Shown here: piece by piece, positions 1 through 7,478 of the stretch | Layout of the letters: each line of letters begins with the position of its first letter | Position numbering within the stretch: the stretch's first letter is position 1 | NCBI GenBank assembly: GCA_000996205.1 | Contig: LBYO01000002.1 | Span: forward strand, 1-52,148 | DNA length: 52,148 nucleotides | Reading direction: 5' to 3' | From: Parcubacteria group bacterium GW2011_GWA1_40_21 | Lineage (GTDB): Bacteria; Patescibacteriota; Minisyncoccia; Phycocordibacterales; GWA1-40-21 | Program-made: the position numbers and the translations under genes | Notes under the pieces: generated by a model | What the model was told of the DNA's origin: nothing | Seen by the model: only the letters and a program-made list of their open reading frames with translations | Databases searched by the model: none

Positions 1-222
1 TGATTTTTTATCTTTGATTTCATTTTGGCGAAGCCAAAATGTGTCCCACATATCGCGCGCAGGATGATCTTTGGGAATATTCAGGGCATCAAAATTGTAA
101 TGCTCTGTTTCAATTTCCGGGCCATCTATAAGATTAAAACCCATTTCGGAAAAAACATCATTTATCTTCCGAATGACTTTGGTGAGAGGGTGAATATGAC
201 CGAGCTTTTCTTTGTTATTCAT
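1..222 (-). CDS. pheS: Phenylalanine--tRNA ligase alpha subunit, 5' part (runs off window)
   Basis: Not in ORF track. Manual translation MNNKEKLGHIHPLTKVIRKINDVFSEMGFNLIDGPEIETEHYNFDALNIPKDHPARDMWDTFW contains the PheS motifs GxxHP, GPEIE, NFDALNIPxDHPARDMxDTF. Confidence 0.95.
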   Translation of the reverse strand, partial: MNNKEKLGHIHPLTKVIRKINDVFSEMGFNLIDGPEIETEHYNFDALNIPKDHPARDMWDTFWLRQNEIKDKKS

Positions 223-338
223 AACGCAAATTATACAGAAAATCGAGCTTAATTCAATCAAAACAGAAGGTTGTAGCTCGCCCGCCGAAGAGGCGGGGTT
301 GTAAGAAAAAAAAGAAAATTTTAGGAAACAAAAATTTC

Positions 339-411
339 TGTCATTCCCGCGCAGGCGGGAATCCATGTTCAACCACAGAGAGTCTGGATTCCCGCCTGCG
401 CGGGAATGACA
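339..411. repeat. REP/dRS3-like composite palindrome (GTCATTCCCGCGnAGGCGGGAATCCA ... inverted copy)
   Basis: TGTCATTCCCGCGCAGGCGGGAATCCA-spacer-TGGATTCCCGCCTGCGCGGGAATGACA; second copy at 14754-14828. Confidence 0.9.
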
Positions 412-445
412 CAGAGACGGAGATATCCTCATAGTTAAAAATAAT

Positions 446-961
446 TTAAAAAGTTATGAAATATTTAACTAGCCATAAAATTAAAGATATTATGAGAATT
501 TGAAGAAAAATACCGACAATGAAATGCTTTTCAAGTTTTTTGTTTCGGCTGTGAATCCAGTAATGAAAAAGATACAAAGACTTAAAAGGCTCGCGCCTAA
601 ATCTAAAGTAGGCAAATTGCAGAATATCGGGGGCGACTCCTCCTGCTATGCCCGCAATTAATATTGGCAGTGAAAAGACATTGAAACCTATAAAATAAAA
701 AGTGAAAAAAGAAAAGATAATCCCCAGAAGCATATCAAATGAGACTTTCTTAAAATCCGAAAAAAAATCTTTGCCGACTGTTATGTCATTATTTAAAGGA
801 TTATTCAAATCCTTCTTGGACGACAATAGATCATATTCCCAATGCGGAATTGCGTCCATAATATAGTGGCTCGCTAACGCGGCGGAAAAAGCGAGCGCCG
901 GATGAGATGGAAACGCGCTCGCCGCGGCAACTCCTATTATCGCATGGCTGGTTAAGATCAT
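446..961 (-). CDS. Membrane protein, putative metal-dependent hydrolase (YdjM/DUF457-like His motifs)
   Basis: 171 aa, several TM segments, HAIIG, SHYIMDAIPH, PD and HYWIH motifs. Confidence 0.6.
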   Translation of the reverse strand: MILTSHAIIGVAAASAFPSHPALAFSAALASHYIMDAIPHWEYDLLSSKKDLNNPLNNDITVGKDFFSDFKKVSFDMLLGIIFSFFTFYFIGFNVFSLPILIAGIAGGVAPDILQFAYFRFRREPFKSLYLFHYWIHSRNKKLEKHFIVGIFLQILIISLILWLVKYFITF

Positions 962-1017
962 ATTGATTGATTTAAGGTAAGATTATAATACAATCAAAGA
1001 TCAAAATAAATACATGC

Positions 1018-1065
1018 AAAAAACTCCACCTAATAAATCATATCATCAGGTGGAGTTTGTTTTTT
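1018..1065 (-). terminator. Intrinsic terminator after DAHP synthase (probably bidirectional)
   Basis: Stem AAACTCCACCT/AGGTGGAGTTT with T-tracts on both strands. Confidence 0.75.
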
Positions 1066-1068
1066 ATC

Positions 1069-2112
1069 TTAGGATAAAATTTTGCCGGCTTGCAATAATA
1101 TGTACTCCGTATCTTTCCAGCTCAAGCAAGAATCTGTGACGGAAATGCCATATTTCAACGCAGACGGGTCGTCAGGAATTTTTTGACTACCTTCATTAAG
1201 GTAGCTTTCCAGCATTGCGCCGACAATATTCCTATTCCCTTCCAATCGTTGATCTAAAATATTCTTAAGCACTTTAACTTGATTGATGTGATTTTTCCCG
1301 GAATTTCCGTGCGAACAATCAACCACCACCGACGGAAGCAGTTTTTCTGATTTCAGATGTTTGATGATTTCTGAAATACTTTCATCGTCATAATTGGTTA
1401 AATTCCTGCCCCCTCTTAAGATAATATGAGCCCAAGGATTGCCTTTTGTTTTTATCATGCTTAATGTCGCATTTTCATCAATCCCGACAAAAGTATGACT
1501 ATGCTTAGAGCATTGCATGGCATCAATGGCGGACTGATAAGATCCATCCGTACTATTTTTAAACCCGACAGGCACGGACAAACCGCTAGCCAATTCTCTG
1601 TGCGTCTGCGATTCGGATGTCCTCGCTCCTATTGCGGCATAGCTTAACAAATCAGAAAAATATCTCACAGAAAAAGTGCCTAGTACCTCAGAACCGATTG
1701 GCAACCCCAAGTCAGTTATTTTTTTGGATATTCTTCTGGCAATTGTTAAACCTTCGGCTATATCGCACGAACCATCCAAGTGAGGATCGTTTATCAACCC
1801 CTTCCAGCCTATCGTGGTTCGTGGCTTTTCAAAATAGGTTCTCATTACAATAAAGATTGACTGCTCTAATTTTTTCTTGAGCTCAAGCAATTTGTAAGCG
1901 TATTCCATAGCCTCTTCTTCGCTATGTATAGAACATGGACCGACTATCATCAGAAAACGGTTGTCTTTTTGTGAAAGTATATTTTTTATAATTTCCCTGC
2001 TTTCCAGTACTGATTTTAGAGCCAGTCGTGATGCTGGAAACTGTTTCTCTAAAACTATCGGCATCGGCAACTTGACAACTTTTTCAACATTCACAAACCT
2101 TACTTTCTTCAT
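1069..2112 (-). CDS. aroG: 3-deoxy-7-phosphoheptulonate (DAHP) synthase, type I-alpha (AroF/G/H family; isoform not determinable)
   Basis: Motifs VGPCSIH, RTYFEKPRTTIGWKGLINDP, IGARTSESQTHRELASGLS, DCSHGNS. Confidence 0.93.
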   Translation of the reverse strand: MKKVRFVNVEKVVKLPMPIVLEKQFPASRLALKSVLESREIIKNILSQKDNRFLMIVGPCSIHSEEEAMEYAYKLLELKKKLEQSIFIVMRTYFEKPRTTIGWKGLINDPHLDGSCDIAEGLTIARRISKKITDLGLPIGSEVLGTFSVRYFSDLLSYAAIGARTSESQTHRELASGLSVPVGFKNSTDGSYQSAIDAMQCSKHSHTFVGIDENATLSMIKTKGNPWAHIILRGGRNLTNYDDESISEIIKHLKSEKLLPSVVVDCSHGNSGKNHINQVKVLKNILDQRLEGNRNIVGAMLESYLNEGSQKIPDDPSALKYGISVTDSCLSWKDTEYILLQAGKILS

Positions 2113-2150
2113 CTTTTATCCTTTCAATAATTAATTTTCCAAAGAACAAC

Positions 2151-2178
2151 AAAAAACCGGCTTCACAAGAGGCCGGTT
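2151..2178 (-). terminator. Attenuator terminator in the DAHP synthase leader
   Basis: Minus strand AACCGGC-CTCTTGTGAA-GCCGGTT followed by TTTT, ~40 nt upstream of the start codon. Confidence 0.8.
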
Positions 2179-2257
2179 GCAGATGTCTAAATTAATTAAT
2201 TCTAATCTTCTTAAATTTTAGGCAACAATAACCAGTCTCTTGTCAGTTAGAGTTTTA

Positions 2258-2314
2258 TTAAAAAAACCTCTTATAAAATAAATTCCGAGCACCGAATAAA
2301 TTTGATTTTTTCAT
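2258..2314 (-). CDS. Phe/Tyr-rich attenuation leader peptide MKKSNLFGARNLFYKRFF
   Basis: 18 codons plus TAA, 4 Phe and 1 Tyr (F-Y-K-R-F-F at the end), upstream of antiterminator/terminator pair. Confidence 0.75.
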   Translation of the reverse strand: MKKSNLFGARNLFYKRFF

Positions 2315-2322
2315 CAATTTCA

Positions 2323-2350
2323 ATGATACAAGAAATATCAAGGAAAGCAA
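2323..2350 (-). promoter_or_regulatory. Putative sigma70 promoter for the aro leader (TTGCTT-16-TATCAT)
   Basis: Hexamers at 2345-2350 and 2323-2328; -10 ends 8 nt before the leader ATG. Confidence 0.5.
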
Positions 2351-2359
2351 TCCGTTCGG

Positions 2360-2534
2360 TCACACTACTGTCAGCTCCGCGAAAAACTGCGAGCCTTTGC
2401 CTTCCCCTTCGGACTCCGCCCAGATTTTGCCGTTGTGGGCCAGAACGATGCTTTTCGCTATAAACAAACCGAACCCGGTGCTGTCAACATTTATCTTTTG
2501 GGAATTTTTGCCTTTGCCACCTTCGGTAAATAAT
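2360..2534 (-). pseudogene. Orphan 3' fragment of a histidine kinase (HATPase C-terminus), paralogous to 5861-7468
   Basis: Encodes LFTEGGKGKNSQKINVDSTGFGLFIAKSIVLAHNGKIWAESEGEGKGSQFFAELTVV*, no start codon; ~140 nt match 5895-6035 with about 12 synonymous differences. Confidence 0.9.
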
Positions 2535-2535
2535 T

Positions 2536-3612
2536 TTATAAATATTTTTCAATTATTGCTTTGTATATCCGTTTTGTTTTTTGCAAACTTTTTTTGCTCA
2601 CCCACTCATCCGACTGGTGAGCATTGAAAGGCCCTGGTCCAAGAATGATCATCTTAGAAGCCGCGCCGTCAAGAAAAGAACCATCCGTAAAATAATTTAC
2701 CCCTTCACTTTTATTTTTAGTGATTTTTTCCATATCAGAAATAAATTTTTTATCATCGCACTGCGCTGGTGGAACTGAAAACATAACTTTTACTTTAGCC
2801 TTGTATTTTTCTGAAATTTTTAAAAAGTTTCTGATTATTTCATTGTTCTGTTTCTCCTTAACGGTGCGACATTCTATTTCTAAAACACATTCATTTGGCA
2901 CCTTATTGACAGCATCTCCACCTTTTATTTTTCCCACATTAACAGTGGCGTAATTGGGCGTAAAAATATCATTTTTATCATTTTTAATGCGCACAAAATA
3001 TTCTTGAATTTCTTTAATAAAATCAGATGCAAGAATTATGGCGTTTAATCCTTTTTCAGGTTCGCTCCCGTGATATTCTTTGCCGAAAAAATTTACCACG
3101 AAAGAAACGATCCCCTTGGACGCGATTATTGGTTTAAGATTTGTAGGTTCTCCGACAATAATATAATCAGTGTCTATTTTTTTAGTTTTTGTAAAATCTG
3201 TTATTCCTTTAAAACTTATTTCTTCGTCGTATGTGAGTAATATGCTAAATCCATTTTTGCAATTTTTAAAATTTATTTGCGATAACGCGGATAACAAAGA
3301 AGCGATTCCGCCTTTCATATCAGAACTGCCAAGACCGTAAATTTTGTCCCCGTCAATTGTCATTTCAAAAGGGTCGTTTGTCCAATTTTTACCGGCGGAA
3401 ACAGTGTCCGTGTGTCCCAAAAAAGTTAAAATCGGTTTTTTACCGATTGTGGCAAAAAGATTTGCCTTATTGTCTTTGTTGTTTTTAATTAAGGAAACAT
3501 TAAAACCGAATGCGTTTAAAAAATCGCCTATCCAGCTTGTTATTTTAGCGTTTTCCTTATCGGAAACAGTATTAAATTTTATTAAATTTTTTAAAATATT
3601 TTCAATATTCAT
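2536..3612 (-). CDS. M20 family metallo-deacylase (acetylornithine deacetylase ArgE/DapE-like)
   Basis: GHTDTV, YGLGSSDMKGG, DEE, GEPT, GPG..AHQSDEWV motifs. Confidence 0.85.
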   Translation of the reverse strand: MNIENILKNLIKFNTVSDKENAKITSWIGDFLNAFGFNVSLIKNNKDNKANLFATIGKKPILTFLGHTDTVSAGKNWTNDPFEMTIDGDKIYGLGSSDMKGGIASLLSALSQINFKNCKNGFSILLTYDEEISFKGITDFTKTKKIDTDYIIVGEPTNLKPIIASKGIVSFVVNFFGKEYHGSEPEKGLNAIILASDFIKEIQEYFVRIKNDKNDIFTPNYATVNVGKIKGGDAVNKVPNECVLEIECRTVKEKQNNEIIRNFLKISEKYKAKVKVMFSVPPAQCDDKKFISDMEKITKNKSEGVNYFTDGSFLDGAASKMIILGPGPFNAHQSDEWVSKKSLQKTKRIYKAIIEKYL

Positions 3613-3622
3613 ATATTTTTAT

Positions 3623-3662
3623 AAATAAAGGGAAGTGACTTTTGCGGCCACCTCCCTTTTTT
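3623..3662 (-). terminator. Terminator-like hairpin between GNAT and ArgE-like gene
   Basis: Minus strand GGGAGGTGGC-CGCAAAA-GTCACTTCCC then TTTATTT; T-tract also on + strand. Confidence 0.6.
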
Positions 3663-3673
3663 GAAAATCAGCT

Positions 3674-4207
3674 TTATTGGAACATCGCCCAATAAGTCCT
3701 GTCAAAATGTTTACCGTCTTTAATCTTTAGATCACTAAAGCCCAACTTGCTATACATTTTTCTGGCTGGCACAGCGTTAATGTGTGTTCTTAAACACCAA
3801 CAATCAACCCCGATTTTCTTAGTTTGCTTGATGATACTTTTTGTTATCTTTCCGCCTATGCCATGCATCCTATGTTTCTTGTGGACACCAAGCTCATCAA
3901 TATAAAAGACTGCTTTTGATGCCTGTTCAAACAAGAAACTCAAGAGATTGCTGTTAGATATCGCCTCCATTAGTTTTTTGTCTATTTGATATCCCCATGT
4001 AAAACCTATTACTTTGTCTTTGTTAACAGCTACTATCAACATCGCCGCCTCTTTCTTTAATTGTTCTTGAATATCTCTCAAGACTTCTTTTTGTTTCCAA
4101 AAATATTCATTCCATGGCGGTTCTTTCCAAATCTCGCAATAAAGCCTAGCGGTTTTTTCAAGCAGTTTTTTGTCGCCATTATTACCGCAAATTTTTATAA
4201 TTTCCAT
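3674..4207 (-). CDS. GNAT family N-acetyltransferase
   Basis: YIDELGVHKKHRMHGIGG motif A, N..ARKMYSKLGF motif B, EPPWNE; start placed at ATG 4207 behind SD TAAGGAG. Confidence 0.85.
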   Translation of the reverse strand: MEIIKICGNNGDKKLLEKTARLYCEIWKEPPWNEYFWKQKEVLRDIQEQLKKEAAMLIVAVNKDKVIGFTWGYQIDKKLMEAISNSNLLSFLFEQASKAVFYIDELGVHKKHRMHGIGGKITKSIIKQTKKIGVDCWCLRTHINAVPARKMYSKLGFSDLKIKDGKHFDRTYWAMFQ

Positions 4208-4233
4208 CCGTATCTCCTTAAGATAAAAATTTA

Positions 4234-4268
4234 GACAGTCGTCAGTTATATTATAACTGACGACTGTC
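4234..4268. repeat. Perfect palindrome, 17-bp arms with 1-nt centre
   Basis: GACAGTCGTCAGTTATA-T-TATAACTGACGACTGTC. Confidence 0.9.
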
Positions 4269-4294
4269 GCAAATAACACGAATTCGAAACTCAA

Positions 4295-5635
4295 CTACAT
4301 TATCTTGCTTACTTCCGAGCAAACATCATTCAAGTTTACAAAGTTCTGTTCCCCCGTTTCAAGATTCTTGATCTGGACACTGTTTTTATTAACTTCATCA
4401 TTACCAGCAATAATGGCAAACCTAAATCCCTTCTTGCTAGCGTATTTAAGTTGATCGCCTAATTTCTTGGAATCAAAATAAACTTCTGTTTTAATACCGC
4501 TATCCCTAAGTAAAGTGGCGATATTAAAATAGTAAGACATCAGGTTTTTATCCATTGATGTTATCAACACGAGAGCTGTCGTGGACGGACCGGTTTTTAT
4601 TATTCCCGCCTTAAGCAGTTGAGAAAACAGCCTTGTCAGTCCAATTGATATTCCCACCCCAGGCATTTTCTTGTCGCCAAAAAAACTCGTTAGATTGTCA
4701 TAGCGACCGCCGGAACAAATGCTTCCAATCCCAGGATAATCAATCAGTGTTGTTTCGTAAATCGTTCCCGTGTAATAATCCAAACCGCGAACAATGCCGA
4801 GGTTAATTTTGTAGCTCTCTTGAGGAATACCGAGAGAATTCATGTGTCCAATCACCTGTTCGAGCTCATCAACTCCTTGTAAGAACAATTCATTGTCTAC
4901 TTTGCAAGAACGGAGATATTCCATTGTTTCATTGATTGACTTGTTAATGCTGGCGAAATTGATTATGTCATCAATGGTGTTCGCACCTATTCCTTTTTCC
5001 GCCATTGTTTTTCTTGTTTCAGCTACTCCAACTTTTTCAAGCTTGTCTATCGCATGCATAGCTTCATTGATACAATGGCTACTTAATCCGTAAAAGCTAA
5101 AATAGCCCTGGAGTATTTTTTTGTTGTTCACATTTATCATGAACTTTCCAATATTCATTTGCTTGAATATTTGGTAAATAACACTCGGCATTTCAGCGTC
5201 TACTAAAAGTGGCAACTCTCTATCACCCACGACATCAATATCGCATTGATAAAATTCGCGGAATCGACCAGACTGTGGTCTTTCTCCGCGCCAGACTTTT
5301 TGAATCTGGTAACGACGGAATGGAAAACTTAAAAGACCGTAGTTTTGTACCACATAGCGAGCCAACGGCACAGTCAAATCGAAATGAAGCGCCAAGTTTT
5401 GGTCATTGTCGCCAGAATAATTAGACAAACGTCCCAAAGTATAAATTTCCCTGTCGTTAGAGCCTTTCGCTATAAGCATAGCCGTTTTTTCAACAGCGCT
5501 TGTCTCTATCGGCACAAATCCATACTTCTCAAAATTTTCGCGTATCATGTCTAAAATACTCTGTTCCAAAATTCTTTCTTCCGGCAACCATTCCGGGAAA
5601 CCGCTTATGGCTTCTGGCTTTAAAAAATTACTCAT
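4295..5635 (-). CDS. hisS: Histidine--tRNA ligase, second divergent copy
   Basis: LHFDLTVPLARY, WRGERPQSGRFREFYQCDID, RGLDYYTG, GGRYDNL and C-terminal anticodon-binding domain. Confidence 0.93.
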   Translation of the reverse strand: MSNFLKPEAISGFPEWLPEERILEQSILDMIRENFEKYGFVPIETSAVEKTAMLIAKGSNDREIYTLGRLSNYSGDNDQNLALHFDLTVPLARYVVQNYGLLSFPFRRYQIQKVWRGERPQSGRFREFYQCDIDVVGDRELPLLVDAEMPSVIYQIFKQMNIGKFMINVNNKKILQGYFSFYGLSSHCINEAMHAIDKLEKVGVAETRKTMAEKGIGANTIDDIINFASINKSINETMEYLRSCKVDNELFLQGVDELEQVIGHMNSLGIPQESYKINLGIVRGLDYYTGTIYETTLIDYPGIGSICSGGRYDNLTSFFGDKKMPGVGISIGLTRLFSQLLKAGIIKTGPSTTALVLITSMDKNLMSYYFNIATLLRDSGIKTEVYFDSKKLGDQLKYASKKGFRFAIIAGNDEVNKNSVQIKNLETGEQNFVNLNDVCSEVSKIM

Positions 5636-5836
5636 GACATTTATCCTCTCAAAAATTTACGAGTCAAAGTTAACTAAAAAAACAATTTTTCTGCCCAACA
5701 TTCCCTATCGCATTGTAGCACCTCCTCCCTAAACAGTAAGAAACTGAAAAATAGAATTGCGATTTTTAACAGAAGCAACCTCCTTTCTTTAAATTGGCTT
5801 TATCATGTTTTAAAAGAACAATCGTTCCTATACAAA

Positions 5837-5864
5837 ATACTATCTATATTCCCTCATTTGTCAA
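5837..5864 (-). promoter_or_regulatory. Putative promoter for second hisS (TTGACA-16-TAGTAT) overlapping kinase stop
   Basis: Hexamers at 5859-5864 and 5837-5842. Confidence 0.55.
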
Positions 5865-7468
5865 TGTTTTGGGAATTCCACCAAAAACTCGCTTCCTTTG
5901 CCTTCCCCTTCCGACTCCGCCCAGATTTTGCCGTTATGAGCCAAAACAATGCTTTTCGCTATGAACAGTCCGAAGCCGGTGCTGTCAACATTTATCTTTT
6001 GGGAATTCTTGCCTTTGCCGCCTTCGGTAAACAATCTTTCTTTGTCTTCTTTTGTAAGTCCGACTCCCGTATCTTTGACACTAAACAGAATCTTGCCGTC
6101 ATTCTTGGACAAAGAAACGGTAATCTTGCCAGCGGGAGTATATTTGATTGAATTGTCTATGAGATTTTTGATGACATGCTTTAGCTGGAATTCATCCCCC
6201 GACATTTTGAAATCTCCTTCGTTGATATTTGTTTCAAAGGAAAGTTTTTTGTCATGGACGTTTTTATCTTGTTCTGAAATCACGCTCAAAACGAGTGCCT
6301 TAAAATCTAAAACCGCCTTGCTGTACTTCATAAGCCCGCCTTTTATGCTCGCGGCGTTTAAAACATCTTGGACCATAGCGATCCCGTCGTTGTCAGATCT
6401 CAATCCTTCTTTCGCGATTACTTCCATCTTTCCCTCAAGCCGGCCGTAATCTCCGTCAAGCATTGCCGAAAATATGTATTTGGATTTCGTGAAAAATCCT
6501 TTGACTTGATGAGTGATGAAGTGTATTAGATCTTCCTGTCTTTCGTTCGCGACTTGAAGCTGTTCTCCCTGTTCGGAAATAGTCTGCACGAATTTATTCA
6601 TCAAGAAGCTTACGATGAGCACTATCATAAAGACCGAGGATCGATAAATGACGGCGGAAATATCTTGCGCAAAAATTATTTCTGAAAATGAGACGATTGA
6701 GAGCACGAATGTCAATCCCGCAACCGCAGCTGTTCTTAAATTAAAAAGCCTGTGCTTGTATATCGCATAACCCGTAAACGCGACGAATGGGAAAATGAAA
6801 AGAGCACCAAGAGGAATAAATCTGACATTTAGAAAAACTGCAGGAAGAATCACATTAAATGTGATAAGTAAAGAAAACATTATAACAGTCCCAATTAAAA
6901 TCAAGATGTGCTGTTTTCTCTCTCTGCCTTTCGCTTTGAAAGTTTTTCTTATAAAAATACTTACCCCACCTAAGACTAGTCCTGCCACAACAAATAAAAA
7001 TAAAAATATACCGTTTGCCACGACAGTCTTTGACACCGAGCCGTCAGATGACAATTGGGCTATGCTTGGAAAAACTAGAGGTGTTAAGGTGATAGCAGAA
7101 GTGATTACAACAAGCGGTATCAATAAAAATTTATACATCCACGGAAAATAAATTTTTTCTTTGGGAAAGACATACAAAAAAGTAAAAAAAGTAAAAGCGT
7201 GCCAAACTCCAAGAAAGATAACTGCTCGCAAAAGCCAAAGAACAACCGTCGGCGAAGTTGCCTGATAATTTATGTAGTTAAAAAAGCTCCATAAAATGGT
7301 AATAATCGAGAAAATAAAAAAGAATTTATTCGTTATGCTCTTGCGATTAGTGATATAAATCACAAAGCCCAATATTCCTATAGCCGCGATAGTAGACCCA
7401 ACCGACAACAGATCAAAATTTTTTAAAGGAATATTTCGTATTACATTTGCAATTTCGCTAAGTAACAT
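5861..7468 (-). CDS. Sensor histidine kinase with N-terminal 7TM-type membrane sensor
   Basis: About 290 aa multi-TM region, H-box FITHQVKG, N-box NLIDNSIKYT, G1 DTGVG, G2 GFGLFIAK, GxGSxF. Confidence 0.92.
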   Translation of the reverse strand: MLLSEIANVIRNIPLKNFDLLSVGSTIAAIGILGFVIYITNRKSITNKFFFIFSIITILWSFFNYINYQATSPTVVLWLLRAVIFLGVWHAFTFFTFLYVFPKEKIYFPWMYKFLLIPLVVITSAITLTPLVFPSIAQLSSDGSVSKTVVANGIFLFLFVVAGLVLGGVSIFIRKTFKAKGRERKQHILILIGTVIMFSLLITFNVILPAVFLNVRFIPLGALFIFPFVAFTGYAIYKHRLFNLRTAAVAGLTFVLSIVSFSEIIFAQDISAVIYRSSVFMIVLIVSFLMNKFVQTISEQGEQLQVANERQEDLIHFITHQVKGFFTKSKYIFSAMLDGDYGRLEGKMEVIAKEGLRSDNDGIAMVQDVLNAASIKGGLMKYSKAVLDFKALVLSVISEQDKNVHDKKLSFETNINEGDFKMSGDEFQLKHVIKNLIDNSIKYTPAGKITVSLSKNDGKILFSVKDTGVGLTKEDKERLFTEGGKGKNSQKINVDSTGFGLFIAKSIVLAHNGKIWAESEGEGKGSEFLVEFPKH

Positions 7469-7478
7469 ATTTTTGTAA

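Noticed and set aside
25..252. 75-aa + strand ORF
   Set aside because: Antisense shadow of pheS on the minus strand
2397..2627. 76-aa + strand ORF similar to ORFs at 5858-6449
   Set aside because: Similarity is only the antisense reading of the duplicated kinase 3' end
4295..5635. HisZ (ATP phosphoribosyltransferase regulatory subunit)
   Set aside because: Retains RGLDYY, GGRYD and the anticodon-binding domain, and there is no hisG nearby
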